A DNA stretch of 60,998 bases, counting the filler. It is 6 parts of 6 records of this genome, joined end to end, with 100 filler letters (N's around TTAATTAATTAA, not from the genome) between each part and the next. Parts side by side here need not be neighbours in the genome. Positions count along the whole stretch, not along the records: positions 10,551 to 22,092 come from SRR31147125_13601; 5 more parts are not named here. One strand, given 5' to 3'. Under the pieces are notes generated by a model. It made no database searches and had not been told where the DNA came from. It saw nothing but the letters and a program-made list of their open reading frames with translations. A program made the position numbers and the translations under genes. Of the stretch, positions 10,451 through 21,597 are shown one piece after another (position 1 is the stretch's first letter; the number at the start of each line of letters is the position of its first letter).

Positions 10451-10550
10451 NNNNNNNNNNNNNNNNNNNNNNNNNNNNNNNNNNNNNNNNNNNNTTAATT
10501 AATTAANNNNNNNNNNNNNNNNNNNNNNNNNNNNNNNNNNNNNNNNNNNN
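10451..10550. other. Artificial contig spacer
   Basis: N44-TTAATTAATTAA-N44 (stops in all six frames). Confidence 0.99.
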
Positions 10551-11770
10551 ACATTCAAGGCGGCAAGCTTCACACCGGAATCACGCTCCATAGCATCCAG
10601 CACATCCTTGCTTTGATAAGCGATGGATTCAAGTGTAGCACGAATGATATGGTTGGCAGTGGAACCCTGGGTTAAACCGGCCAAAGTTCCCCGAACATTC
10701 ATATCCCAATAAGGTGCGCCCAGTCCGCTGAACGCCGGAACAAAATAGACGCCTTCATTATCTTTCAATTTTGCCGCTGCTTTTTCAGAATCGGCAGCTG
10801 TTTTGATGATCTTGAGATTATCTCTTAGCCACTGAATAGCTGCACCTGCAATGAATACGGAACCTTCAAGTGCGTAGGTGATCTTATTATCAAGTCCCCA
10901 GGCAATAGTGGTCAGCAATCCGTTTTCAGATCTCACGGCTTTCTTACCGGTATTCATCAGCATGAAACAGCCGGTCCCGTAGGTGTTCTTGGCTGTCCCC
11001 GATTCAAAACAACTTTGACCGAATAAGGCAGCTTGCTGATCGCCGGCGATTCCCGCAATGGGAATAGCAGTACCACCAAAAAATTCAGGATCAGTGTTTC
11101 CGTACACGTCAGATGAATTTTTGACTTTTGGCAACATTGATTCGGGAATATTAAAAAGCTCAAGTAATTCTTTATCCCATTCAAGCGTATGTATATTGAA
11201 TAGCATGGTTCGGGAGGCATTGGAAACATCAGTAATATGTAATTTGCCTTTTGTCAACTTCCAGATGATCCAAGTGTCCACGGTGCCGAAAAGCAGCTCA
11301 CCTTTTTCTGCGAGTTCTCGTGCACCGTCAACATTTTCTAGAATCCAGTGAACTTTGGTTGCCGAGAAGTAAGCATCAATAATTAAGCCGGTTTTTTCCT
11401 GAAATTTATCCGCCCAGCCCTCTTTTTTCAATTTATCGCAGAAATCTGCGGTACGCTTATCTTGCCAGACAATAGCCGGATAAATAGCTTTACCCGTTTT
11501 TTTATTCCAGACAATGGTCGTTTCGCGTTGATTGGTAATGCCGATGGCCGCAATATCTTTGGGTGAGAGTTCAAGCTTCTGGAATAATTTGATCGTGACT
11601 TCAACCTGTGTGTTCCAGATATCGACCGGATCTTGTTCAACGCGATCGGGTTTGGGGTAATGCTGGGGAAATTCCTTCTGCTCCATCCCAAGAATAGAAA
11701 AATCTTTATCAAAAACAATGGCACGTTCGCTGGATGTTCCTAAGTCGAATGTTAAAATATATCGCGACAT
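10551..11770 (-). CDS. glpK: Glycerol kinase, 3'-truncated by contig end
   Basis: [57 protein letters not shown]. Confidence 0.96.
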
Positions 11771-11830
11771 ATTGAATACCTGATTGGTTTTTTGTTACTT
11801 TCGTTATATGTAATGATATTTGTGCAATAG

Positions 11831-11870
11831 GGCGATAGAGAACTAGCGCTCTAGTACGCTATTGCGCTCG
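11831..11870. repeat. 40-bp repeat, inverted copy of 12942-12981
   Basis: GGCGATAGAGAACTAGCGCTCTAGTACGCTATTGCGCTCG; 32/40 identical to the reverse complement of 12942-12981 (hand alignment). Confidence 0.85.
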
Positions 11871-11900
11871 CGCTGAATTCAGGCTTTCGGCTTCTGATTT

Positions 11901-12815
11901 CTATATATGATACGTGATCCACTCCAACAGATCGTCATAGACCTTTTCTTTGCCAACTTCATTCAATATCTCATGGCGCATATTTTCAAAAATATTGACC
12001 GTAACTTCTTCGAGCTGACGCTGGCGATACATTTCTCCGATCTTCTTGGGGCCCTTGCCTTTTTCTCCGACAGGATCTTCAGATCCGGCGACAATATAGA
12101 TCGGCAGAGTGAAACGGATCCACTCATTATGCTGTTTTTTGGAGATATAATTTAATCCGTAAAACAGGTCCTTGAACATACCCAGAGTGCAGATAAATCC
12201 ACAATATGGATCATCTACGTATTTTTTAACGACCTCTTTATCACGGGAAAGCCAGGACATTGGGCCTTCTTCTTCAAAAGGTTTATTAAAAGCGCCGAAG
12301 CTCATGTTATCAAAGAAGGGTGAGGGGTCTGTATCTTTGTTTTTAAATGATTGAAAGATAGACAAAAATCGACCAGCCATGATCAGGGCTTTGGGTTGAG
12401 CCGCTGTTCCAGATAGGATCACACCATTTACGTCATCATATAATGTAATGTATGTTCTTGCAAGAAAAGAGCCCATACTGTGTCCCAGCAGGATAACCGG
12501 AAGCTTGGGATAATCCTGGCGGATCACACGAGTCAGGATGCGCATATCGGTCACAACCTTGATCCAGCCATTTTCATCAGCAAAATAGCCGAGTTTTTCA
12601 ACACTGCCTGCAGTTTTGCCGTGACCACGATGATCATTGGCATAAACCGCGATCCGGTGTTTGTTCAGAAATTCAGCAAAATCATCATAGCGCTCTGCGA
12701 ATTCCGCCATACCATGTGCAATTTGTACAACAGCAATAGGATCTTCTTCTGGTAGCCAACAGTAAAAAGCGATCTTTGCGCCATCATCCGAGGTAAAGAA
12801 ATCAGTTTTTTTCAT
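11901..12815 (-). CDS. Alpha/beta hydrolase (monoacylglycerol lipase/lysophospholipase family)
   Basis: HGMAE, DHRGHG, GHSMG nucleophile, GSEDPV, RHEILNE; likely start MKKTDFF at 12815; upstream of glpK. Confidence 0.9.
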   Translation of the reverse strand: MKKTDFFTSDDGAKIAFYCWLPEEDPIAVVQIAHGMAEFAERYDDFAEFLNKHRIAVYANDHRGHGKTAGSVEKLGYFADENGWIKVVTDMRILTRVIRQDYPKLPVILLGHSMGSFLARTYITLYDDVNGVILSGTAAQPKALIMAGRFLSIFQSFKNKDTDPSPFFDNMSFGAFNKPFEEEGPMSWLSRDKEVVKKYVDDPYCGFICTLGMFKDLFYGLNYISKKQHNEWIRFTLPIYIVAGSEDPVGEKGKGPKKIGEMYRQRQLEEVTVNIFENMRHEILNEVGKEKVYDDLLEWITYHI

Positions 12816-12879
12816 AATGGATCCAATTTTAATGACGAAAATTATCAATTAATTGTGATGATAACAATAGAAAAGAAAA

Positions 12880-12932
12880 TCAGAAACCAGAGACCAGAAA
12901 CCAGAGATCAGGAGCCAGAAGCCAGAGGTCGG
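12880..12932 (+). repeat. Degenerate 7-nt tandem repeat (YCAGARR)n
   Basis: tcagaaa ccagaga ccagaaa ccagaga tcaggag ccagaag ccagagg; a shorter complementary tract lies at 11882-11902. Confidence 0.8.
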
Positions 12933-12941
12933 AATAATGTA

Positions 12942-12981
12942 CGGGAGCATTAGCGCACTAGAGCACCAGTTCTCTGTTGCC
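12942..12981. repeat. 40-bp repeat, inverted copy of 11831-11870
   Basis: CGGGAGCATTAGCGCACTAGAGCACCAGTTCTCTGTTGCC. Confidence 0.85.
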
Positions 12982-13212
12982 AAATCACACCTTGAGCTTA
13001 TGTAATGTTCTTATTATAAGCAAAATACCACTTGTTTATATGTAGTTAAACACTTACATTATTAAGTCAAATACTAATAAAACAACTATGAAGTAACCAA
13101 AGGAAAAGGACCTAGAAGAATAAGGCATTTTGTTATTCTCTTAATAAAATCGATGTTTGACTTGTCCCATTCCCATTAAATGACTTTATAAATTGTCTAA
13201 AGGAGATAAGCT

Positions 13213-16200
13213 ATGAGACGTAGTATTTATTTTCTTGGCTTGACACTTCTTACTGTTTCACTTCTTTTTGCCGCAAAGCCACAATCATTTAATTTGGATC
13301 CGTACAATCCCGAGTACGATCCAAACACCGTTCTGGTGAAATTCCACGATGAAGCCCAGGTAAACAACTCGTTGGCCAAGACCGCCGCGCAGACGGGTAT
13401 TGTTTCTGTAGACAGGCTGATAGGTAACTATTCGGTCAAGTCTGTAGAAAAAGTATTCGTTAATGCACAACCGATCTTTGGTAAGCGAACTTTTACGGAT
13501 CCTTCTGGAAAAGAACATGAATTAAAAAATATGGACAAGATCTATCGCATCAAGTATGATGCAAAAAAAGATCCCAAAGAATTGTCCGAAGAAATTGCGA
13601 ACGATCCCTCGGTGGAATATGCCGAGCCGGATTATTACGTCTACATGATGATCGCACCGGACGACCCCTTTTATGCGAGCGGAGATCAATGGCACATTGA
13701 TGCCGTGAACGCGCCGGCGGCCTGGGATAGCACGACGGCCGACACCAATCAAGTGATCTCCATTATCGATACGGGGGTCGACTGGGATCATCCCGACCTG
13801 GACAGCAAAATATGGATCAACCGCGATGAATATCTTGGTATTGAAGGAGTCGATGATGACGGCAACGGCTATATCGATGATATCCGCGGCTGGGATTTTA
13901 TCAATGACGATAATGATCCAAACGATGATAACTCTCACGGAACCCACGTTGCCGGTATTGCCGCTGCAGAGACCAATAATGCGGTTGGTGTCGCAGGTAT
14001 CGCGTGGGGTGCCAAGATCATGCCGATTAAAGTTCTGCAAAGCACGGGTAGTGGTAATTCCAGTGATGTAGCAGCAGCCATTGATTATGCTGCAGCCAAT
14101 GGTGCCACAGTCATTAATATGAGTTTGGGTACTTACGGAGAATCGCAAACAGTTAAAACTGCCCTTGAAAATGCATATGCCTATGCTGTTCTTGTGGCGG
14201 CCGCCGGTAATGACGGGTATAAGGTCGATCCACCTTTTCCTCCATTGCCCATTTATGCTCCGATGTTTCCCGCATGCTATAGTTTTGTTCTGGGGGCTGA
14301 AGCCAGTACTGAAACAAGTGCAAAAGCCGGATTTTCGAATTATGACCCTTCGGGGCCGGTTGAAATTGGAAATGATTATGGACATAATTATGAAGTTCGA
14401 GCACCAGGGTCAAATATTTACAGCTCAGTGCCAAATGGTAACTATAGAGGCCTGAGTGGAACGTCAATGGCTTCTCCTGTTGTAGCAGGTGCCGTTGCAT
14501 TAATGAAATCATATAAACCATCTCAATCTACAGAAGAAATATTTGCACGATTGATCCAAAGCTCTAACAGTGGAATATTAGATGTTTATAATGCTTTAGA
14601 TTATGAACTTATCCCAAATTTAGCCTATATCAGTCATACAATTGTTGATACCTTACCCGGGTGTGATCAAGATGATAATGCTGATGCGGGTGAAACGATC
14701 AAGCTATATATAAAATTAAAAAATGCCGGAGGAAGCGCCGATAGTGTTTGGTGTAAAACACGAATTGCCGAATTTGAAGATACTTCATTAATAAACATAA
14801 CAGATTCGATCAGCTATATTGGTAGCATGTCTGCGTATTCAGAACTTACCGGCCAGGGAGACCCTTTCATAGTTGAATTAAGTCCAGATATTTCAAATAA
14901 TCGAATCATTAAACTGGAATACGAATTACTAAATAAAGACTCAATTAATGTTACAGACGAACTGGAAATTAAAGTTCAAAGAGGAATTGAATTATCAGGG
15001 ATATACGATCAGCTTATACACTTACATGCAAATAAATATTACGTTGTAACTGATAACACAGTGTTTGATTCTCTTATTATTGATCCCGGAGTCACTTTAC
15101 GCATAAATAATGAAGTATCAATAATTATTTCCAGCTACATAGAAGCAATTGGCAAACCAGATTCATTAATTATATTTACACGCAACGAAAATGCATATTG
15201 GAGTGACATAGAACATCGCGGAAGCCATAAAATGGAATTTGAATATTGCGTTTTTGAACATGGACGCGGTAATGGCAATAGAGGTATCCCCGTCCTTTCT
15301 GGGGTTTCTTCAATAGAAAATTGTCAATTTAGATATAATAGTTATTCAATTATACATTATGAAAATGCTAATATTTCAAGAAACAAATTTGTTTTAAATA
15401 GCGCAAATTTGGTGGGGGCAATTTGCAACACATTAGCCTATAATGTTTTTGTAAATAATAGTTCCTATCAAGCACCCTTGGAGATCTATCAAGCCCATAC
15501 AAATTCTAAATTCGTTAAAGATAATATAATGTTCAATAATACAAGTTCATATTACGGAAATGATAAGGATATAACTATAGGCGGTACTCCATGGGGAATT
15601 TATCATCTTTCACCCAATTACTTTGGAGTAAATGATTCTGCTTATATAGCACCAAGAATATTAGATTTTATGGAAGCATCACATCTTCCGGTTGTTTTGG
15701 GAGATAGCGCAACAAGCTCACCATCGACAAAATGTCATGGTGTTGCCTGGAAAGTTGAAATTAATGACGTACTGGTCAACAGATATGATAATCCCTATAA
15801 TAGTTCGACCGGTTTGGGAATAGTTGGTGCGGAATTATTAAAATTCGATATTTATTTTAACAGAGCAATGGATACTACCGTAACACCATTTCTTACTTTT
15901 GGTGTTAGAGAGCCCTATACGCAACATCCAGTAAACGAGAGTTCCTCTTGGTCTGCCGATTCCATGGTTTGGACGGCATACTATAATATTGATGATGAAA
16001 CGGGAGATGGAATACAAAGAGTAAGGGTTGCTTTAGCTGAGGATACCGACAACTTTGAAATACCCACTGAGGACTCCCGCTTTGAATTCGTGATTCAGGC
16101 AGCTGCAGCCGCCGGAGTAAAATTCACAGCATCAGCCGGTATTGGCAAGGTGGATCTTGAATGGGCAAAAGCCGCAAAAAAAAGGACATTAGGATATAAT

Positions 16201-17214
16201 GTATACAGATATGAGGCATTGACCGATTCAACCTGGTCAGACACAACACTTCTAAATGATGAGCTGGTTACGGATACACTATATACTGATTACGATGTGA
16301 TCCCGGACAGTACTTATTATTATCTATTCACTCAAGTCCAAACCGATATGTCGGAAGGCGATTATTCTAAGAAGGTAACAGCAACAGTTCTTTCTGCTGC
16401 AAATGGCGATGCCAACGGCGACTTGAACGTCAACGTGCTTGACGTGATCTCAATCGTCAGCTACATTCTTGAAGGCAATCCAAGTCCCTTCCTTTTTGAT
16501 GCTGCTGATATCAATGGCGACGGCAATATCAATGTTTTGGATATTATTGGCGTGGTCAATGTTATCCTGAATCCGGGAATGGGAAAAGCCGCTTATGTAG
16601 ATGCCAGCGAAACGCTATTTTATCTTAAAGATAACAGGATCCACGCTTCCTCAAACGGAGCTCTGGGTGGATATCAATTCATTATCAATGGTGATATTGA
16701 AGAATTGAATATCGAGTCAGCTTATCCCATGGAAGTTGCAACAACCCAATTGAATGAAGATGAGTTGTTGGTTATGGTCTATAGTCTGAATGGCAATTTG
16801 ATTCCCGAAGGAAACAATATCATACTAAGCTTGTCAGCGACGGATGATCTGGTATTCTCGGATCTTGTTGTTTCCGATACTAAAGGCAACTTGGTATTAA
16901 GCTCCTTTGGATCCATGACGGATATTATCGTCCCGGCAGAATTCGCCTTGAACCAGAATTATCCAAATCCATTCAATGCGGGTACAGTTATATGTTATGA
17001 GTTGCCGGAAGTAACGGACGTTGAATTGGCTGTTTATAATCTTCTTGGACAAAAGGTCTATGATATACATGTCAGCGATCAACGAGCCGGGTATTATAAA
17101 TATCAATGGAACGGATTGGATCGCAGCGGTAATTCATTGCCTAGCGGTTTATACGTTTATAAAATTATTGCAGGTGAATTTACAGACAGCAAAAAAATGA
17201 TCTTGATGAAATAG
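13213..17214 (+). CDS. Secreted S8 subtilase with beta-helix-like, Fn3-like, dockerin-like and C-terminal sorting (T9SS-A/FlgD-Ig-like) domains
   Basis: Signal peptide; catalytic triad IIDTG / HGTHVAG / GTSMASP; duplicated Ca-loop GDANGDLNVNVLD...ADINGDGNINVLD (~16405-16570); C-terminal QNYPNPFN...SGLYVYKI. Confidence 0.9.
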   Translation: MRRSIYFLGLTLLTVSLLFAAKPQSFNLDPYNPEYDPNTVLVKFHDEAQVNNSLAKTAAQTGIVSVDRLIGNYSVKSVEKVFVNAQPIFGKRTFTDPSGKEHELKNMDKIYRIKYDAKKDPKELSEEIANDPSVEYAEPDYYVYMMIAPDDPFYASGDQWHIDAVNAPAAWDSTTADTNQVISIIDTGVDWDHPDLDSKIWINRDEYLGIEGVDDDGNGYIDDIRGWDFINDDNDPNDDNSHGTHVAGIAAAETNNAVGVAGIAWGAKIMPIKVLQSTGSGNSSDVAAAIDYAAANGATVINMSLGTYGESQTVKTALENAYAYAVLVAAAGNDGYKVDPPFPPLPIYAPMFPACYSFVLGAEASTETSAKAGFSNYDPSGPVEIGNDYGHNYEVRAPGSNIYSSVPNGNYRGLSGTSMASPVVAGAVALMKSYKPSQSTEEIFARLIQSSNSGILDVYNALDYELIPNLAYISHTIVDTLPGCDQDDNADAGETIKLYIKLKNAGGSADSVWCKTRIAEFEDTSLINITDSISYIGSMSAYSELTGQGDPFIVELSPDISNNRIIKLEYELLNKDSINVTDELEIKVQRGIELSGIYDQLIHLHANKYYVVTDNTVFDSLIIDPGVTLRINNEVSIIISSYIEAIGKPDSLIIFTRNENAYWSDIEHRGSHKMEFEYCVFEHGRGNGNRGIPVLSGVSSIENCQFRYNSYSIIHYENANISRNKFVLNSANLVGAICNTLAYNVFVNNSSYQAPLEIYQAHTNSKFVKDNIMFNNTSSYYGNDKDITIGGTPWGIYHLSPNYFGVNDSAYIAPRILDFMEASHLPVVLGDSATSSPSTKCHGVAWKVEINDVLVNRYDNPYNSSTGLGIVGAELLKFDIYFNRAMDTTVTPFLTFGVREPYTQHPVNESSSWSADSMVWTAYYNIDDETGDGIQRVRVALAEDTDNFEIPTEDSRFEFVIQAAAAAGVKFTASAGIGKVDLEWAKAAKKRTLGYNVYRYEALTDSTWSDTTLLNDELVTDTLYTDYDVIPDSTYYYLFTQVQTDMSEGDYSKKVTATVLSAANGDANGDLNVNVLDVISIVSYILEGNPSPFLFDAADINGDGNINVLDIIGVVNVILNPGMGKAAYVDASETLFYLKDNRIHASSNGALGGYQFIINGDIEELNIESAYPMEVATTQLNEDELLVMVYSLNGNLIPEGNNIILSLSATDDLVFSDLVVSDTKGNLVLSSFGSMTDIIVPAEFALNQNYPNPFNAGTVICYELPEVTDVELAVYNLLGQKVYDIHVSDQRAGYYKYQWNGLDRSGNSLPSGLYVYKIIAGEFTDSKKMILMK

Positions 17215-17223
17215 GGGTAAACA

Positions 17224-20200
17224 ATGAAAAAGATACTATTCTTTGCAATAGCTATTCTCTCTCTTGTCCATGCCCAGAACATCATGTCATTGAATGCTGT
17301 TTCCGGGCCGGCGAACGATACCGTTACCGTATCTTTGAGTATCACAAATCAGGATACGGTGACCGGGTTTCAATGTGATATTCCACTGCCTGAACACGTA
17401 AGTTTTGTCGAAAATTCCGTAACACTTTCTGGCAGGGAAGATGATCATGTGATCGTTGAAGATGTCAATGAAGAGGATATCCTGACCATTTTTGCATATT
17501 CAATGTCTTTGGCTGAATTTTCGGGGACAAGCGGAGAGGTCTGTTCTTTTAAGCTTGTGCTCGGCACTGTGCCGGGAACATATGTCCTTGATCTGGAAGA
17601 TGTAACTATATCCGATAAATCATCAAATAATATTGCTACGAGTTCAGATCATGGATACGTAAGTATTGAAGCTCCGGATATTTATATTTCTCCGGATTCT
17701 TTAGCTTACGGCAGGGTGTCTTTGCTGGATTCTTTGGACAAGAGCTTCACGATACAAAATGACGGGAATATCGATCTTTCAGTCACGAATATTATCAGTT
17801 CTCATTCCGATTTTGAAGTACTGGGTTCGACGGCATTTACTTTGAGCTCCGGTAGTTCAAGATCGGTAACCGCTCGTTTCCATTCCGATGTAAAAGGCAA
17901 CTACTCAGAAAACATATCAGTACTGTCAAACGATCCGGATGAAACCAACTCCATTGTAAAAGTCAGTTCAATTGCTTATGCCGTGAACGAATTGAATATC
18001 GATAATATGTTCGCTCGTAGCGGTCACACAGTCACGGCTTATGTTGATATCTCAAACATGGAAGCCTTTACCGCCTTCTCTTTTGATCTTGATATTCCAG
18101 AAGTAATGACATTGGTCTCAGGTACGGCTGCGCTAAGTGACAGGAAGACAGACCACGCCGTGTCTGCCAGCACCTTGGCAAACGGAAATATTCGCATCAT
18201 GGCTTACTCGGTCTCTAACGACGCATTTAGCGGCACTTCGGGAGAGGTATTGACTTTTGATCTAAACGTGGACGGGCCGGGTGGTTATTATAACGTCACC
18301 TTTGTCGATCCGGTGATTGCAGATTCAAATTCAACTAATATCATTAGTGACAGTTACAATGCGACATTGGAGATTGCCGCACCAGATATTGGTGTTTCAC
18401 CAAGCCCTGTGAACTTTGGAAATGTGTCAGTTTTTGATACCGCTACGGTGAATTGTACGATCTCAAATTCGGGATCTGATACGCTAAATGTTACACATCT
18501 GATCTTTTACGATGAACATTTTTCTTCTCCACAAACCTTGCCCTTTAAAATTGCTCCCAGATCTCAGCAGATCGTGGCAATTGATTTTCATAACGAGCTT
18601 GAACACGTCCATAATTCCACTCTGCGTATCCGTAGCAATGATCCGGACGAAGATCCCAAAGATATTACTCTAACCGCAACATCGTTCATTCCAAATATCA
18701 TGCGAGTGGATTCATCAGATATTGTCCAGAATGATACGGGATGGGTTTATATCAATATTGAGAACAATGAAGATTTTGTGGGGTTTCAGTGCGACCTGGG
18801 CTTTGCGGAAGGATTTACATATCTCGGAACAAGCGAACTCACGGATCGGGCAGACGGCCACTCTCTTTCAGTGAGCGAAAAAGAGGGAAATATAATAGGA
18901 CTGTTTGCCTACTCAATGTCTCAAACGGCTTTCATGGGTACCGGCGGAGCGGTTGCTAGATTGGCGTTCCTGGCGCCAAGTAATATGGATGATTATGATT
19001 TTACCTTGAGTGATGTTATCATTGCTAATGCGGCTTCCGAGAATATCATGAGTTCCTATGAAGGCGGTGTGATCACTGTGGTCACATCCGGTCCAACATT
19101 AATGGAGTTTCCGGATATTGAATTTAAAGAAGATAAAGACACGACCTTTGATATTTCCTCATTGGTCAGTGATCCAAATACGGCTTATGGTGATCTGAAT
19201 TGGAGTTTTAGCGGTGATGATTCACTTACTTTAAATGTAACAGGTAATGATCTAAATATTTCTGCAAATGATAATTGGTTTGGAATAAGGTCTGTGACAG
19301 CAGAGGTCAGTGACGGCGAATTAACGGATACAAATACCTTTATAGTATCAGTGACAAAGGTAAATGATGCGCCGGTAGCAAAAGCTGATTCGGGAGAGAC
19401 TTATGAAGATGTCTCTCTAGAGATCATTTTATATGCAAATGATATTGATAGCGAAACATTGAATTATGCCGTACTTGATAGCGTGGTTAGTGGAAAACTG
19501 GAAGGGACAGCACCATATTTGACATATTTTCCTGATGAAAATTATTTCGGTAAAGATAGTCTGAGTTTTATTGTCGATGATGGGGAACTATCAGATACTG
19601 CTGTTTTTCAGATCAATATTCTTCCAATGAATGATCCTCCGGTCGCAGTTTGTGAAGAATACGATATGCAAGAAGATAGCATATTGACCTTTATATTAAG
19701 AGCAAATGATCCTGAAGACGATGCTTTGAATTTTAGTATTTTAGATAGCGCAAAACTGGGTGTTATCTATGGCACATTACCGCAATTGAATTTTTCTCCG
19801 ATTAGCAATATTTTTGGAGAAGATAGCCTGCGTTATATTGTCAGCGATGGTGCCTCCCAAGATACAGGCAGAGTCAAGATCACAATTTCTCCCGTTAACG
19901 ATTCTCCGATCGTTATTTCAGATTCATGTAAAACGCAAGAAGATCAACCTCTGGAAATAGTTCTTCGTGCCACCGATATTGACAGCGAGGATTTAAATTT
20001 TACAATCCTGAACAATCCACAGTTGGGAATTCTTGAAGGAAACGCACCGAATTTGACTTATACCACTGATGCAGATGTTAATGGTTTTGACAGCTTGAGA
20101 TTTATCGTGAGTGACGGTCAATTATCTGATACCGGAAAAATCACAATAGAGATCATACCTGAAAATGATGCTCCTTTTGCGATACCTAATGAATATGATA

Positions 20201-21582
20201 TGCAAGAAGACAGCACTTTTGAATTTAGTTTAGAAGTATGGGATTCAGATCATGATGAATTGACATTTGAAATTCTTGATAGTACAAAACTTGGTCCGCT
20301 ATCGGGTGTTTTGCCTGATTTGCAATATTTGCCGGCAAAAGATGTGTATGGTGCGGATAGTTTGAGATTTATAGTCAGTGATGGAATCTTGCAAGATACC
20401 GGAAAAGTAAAGATCGTGATCAATCCGGTTAACGACCCGCCCAAAGTTACACCCGGTCAAGCACAAGTTCCAGAAGATACACCTACAGGTATTGATCTTG
20501 AAGCTACGGATGTAGATAATGCAAATCTCGTATTTTCCATTGTTGACAGTACGCTTCATGGAATACTTTCAGGAAATGTTGAAAGCTTGATTTACACTCC
20601 GAATGCGAATTATTTTGGATTTGACAGTTTGCGTTTCTGCGCTAGCGATGGATTCTTATCCGATACGGGTATCTTCCATATTGAAGTATTGGCTGATAAT
20701 GATGCACCTGTTTGGAGCGCATTACCCGACACCAGCTTTGATGAAGATGATAGTCTGAAAGTACATGTTATGGAGTTGTTTAAGTTTGTTGAAGATCCCG
20801 ATAATGAGCTAAAGGATATGATCATTTCGGCAACAGTACCTGAGGTTCTTCATTGTGGTTGGATAGACAGCACTTTCTATCTAACGGCAGATGCCAACTG
20901 GTTCGGAAAGGACAGTATTGAGCTTGATGTTTCCGATGGCGTAGATTCGGCACAGATCATTTGGCATATCACGGTTGACCCGGTCAATGATGCGCCTGTA
21001 TTTACCACCCTGATAAATACTGCCAGGAATTTTAATGCAGAAACCCGCGATACAATTTACTTTGCAGATCTATTCGAAGATATTGATACACCGGATACAT
21101 CAGTTTCAGTAACAATCTCTGCAACAGAGATTTTGTATGATGTTCATCAGTCGTCAGTTTTTCTTGAATTATATATCAGTGAAAATATCACGATCAGCGA
21201 AGCGATAGAAATCACTTTGAATGATGGTGATAACATTGTTTCAAGAAATCTCGAAGTTGAGATCATTGAAGTCGCGATCGATGTCATCCCGGAAAACTTT
21301 GCTTTGTACCCGCCATATCCCAATCCCTTTAACCCATCTACGACCATCACTTATGATATCCCGGATTTGTCGGATGTCAATATTGTCATTTACAACGTAA
21401 ACGGTCAGCGTATTAGAACCTTGGTTGATGGTGAGCAGCCGGCAAAAGCCTATCGTTTGATCTGGAATGGGAAAAGTGATCATGGAGGCACCGTGCCTTC
21501 GGGCATGTATATTTATCGTATTGTGGCAAATTCAGCGGATGAATGTTATGTAGATTACAGAAAAATGCTATTTATAAAATAA
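17224..21582 (+). CDS. Secreted scaffold-like protein: 3 cohesin-like + 2 ASH/PapD-like Ig + ~8 cadherin-like (tandem-95) repeats + C-terminal sorting domain
   Basis: Three repeats of V.I.N...(G/A)F(Q/S).D...R...H...AYS.S...F.G..G.V; SNDPDE-containing Ig modules; repeated (V/M/E)ND(A/P/S)P...ED...G.DSL.F.VSDG; PYPNPFNP C-terminus; no catalytic motif seen. Confidence 0.78.
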   Translation: MKKILFFAIAILSLVHAQNIMSLNAVSGPANDTVTVSLSITNQDTVTGFQCDIPLPEHVSFVENSVTLSGREDDHVIVEDVNEEDILTIFAYSMSLAEFSGTSGEVCSFKLVLGTVPGTYVLDLEDVTISDKSSNNIATSSDHGYVSIEAPDIYISPDSLAYGRVSLLDSLDKSFTIQNDGNIDLSVTNIISSHSDFEVLGSTAFTLSSGSSRSVTARFHSDVKGNYSENISVLSNDPDETNSIVKVSSIAYAVNELNIDNMFARSGHTVTAYVDISNMEAFTAFSFDLDIPEVMTLVSGTAALSDRKTDHAVSASTLANGNIRIMAYSVSNDAFSGTSGEVLTFDLNVDGPGGYYNVTFVDPVIADSNSTNIISDSYNATLEIAAPDIGVSPSPVNFGNVSVFDTATVNCTISNSGSDTLNVTHLIFYDEHFSSPQTLPFKIAPRSQQIVAIDFHNELEHVHNSTLRIRSNDPDEDPKDITLTATSFIPNIMRVDSSDIVQNDTGWVYINIENNEDFVGFQCDLGFAEGFTYLGTSELTDRADGHSLSVSEKEGNIIGLFAYSMSQTAFMGTGGAVARLAFLAPSNMDDYDFTLSDVIIANAASENIMSSYEGGVITVVTSGPTLMEFPDIEFKEDKDTTFDISSLVSDPNTAYGDLNWSFSGDDSLTLNVTGNDLNISANDNWFGIRSVTAEVSDGELTDTNTFIVSVTKVNDAPVAKADSGETYEDVSLEIILYANDIDSETLNYAVLDSVVSGKLEGTAPYLTYFPDENYFGKDSLSFIVDDGELSDTAVFQINILPMNDPPVAVCEEYDMQEDSILTFILRANDPEDDALNFSILDSAKLGVIYGTLPQLNFSPISNIFGEDSLRYIVSDGASQDTGRVKITISPVNDSPIVISDSCKTQEDQPLEIVLRATDIDSEDLNFTILNNPQLGILEGNAPNLTYTTDADVNGFDSLRFIVSDGQLSDTGKITIEIIPENDAPFAIPNEYDMQEDSTFEFSLEVWDSDHDELTFEILDSTKLGPLSGVLPDLQYLPAKDVYGADSLRFIVSDGILQDTGKVKIVINPVNDPPKVTPGQAQVPEDTPTGIDLEATDVDNANLVFSIVDSTLHGILSGNVESLIYTPNANYFGFDSLRFCASDGFLSDTGIFHIEVLADNDAPVWSALPDTSFDEDDSLKVHVMELFKFVEDPDNELKDMIISATVPEVLHCGWIDSTFYLTADANWFGKDSIELDVSDGVDSAQIIWHITVDPVNDAPVFTTLINTARNFNAETRDTIYFADLFEDIDTPDTSVSVTISATEILYDVHQSSVFLELYISENITISEAIEITLNDGDNIVSRNLEVEIIEVAIDVIPENFALYPPYPNPFNPSTTITYDIPDLSDVNIVIYNVNGQRIRTLVDGEQPAKAYRLIWNGKSDHGGTVPSGMYIYRIVANSADECYVDYRKMLFIK

Positions 21583-21597
21583 GGAATGGAGTATATA

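Noticed and set aside
12880-12932. Short tandem repeats as a CRISPR array
   Set aside because: 7-nt units with no unique spacers and no cas genes. No CRISPR array was seen anywhere in the window.
13522-14385. Long antisense ORFs (also 46912-47955, 58654-59460, 59980-60459 and 375-557)
   Set aside because: They lie opposite well-supported genes and carry no recognisable motifs
19090-21270. DNA-level repeats as a DGR template/variable repeat pair or a mobile repeat
   Set aside because: Explained by tandem cadherin-like protein domains; no reverse transcriptase and no adenine-specific mismatch pattern noticed
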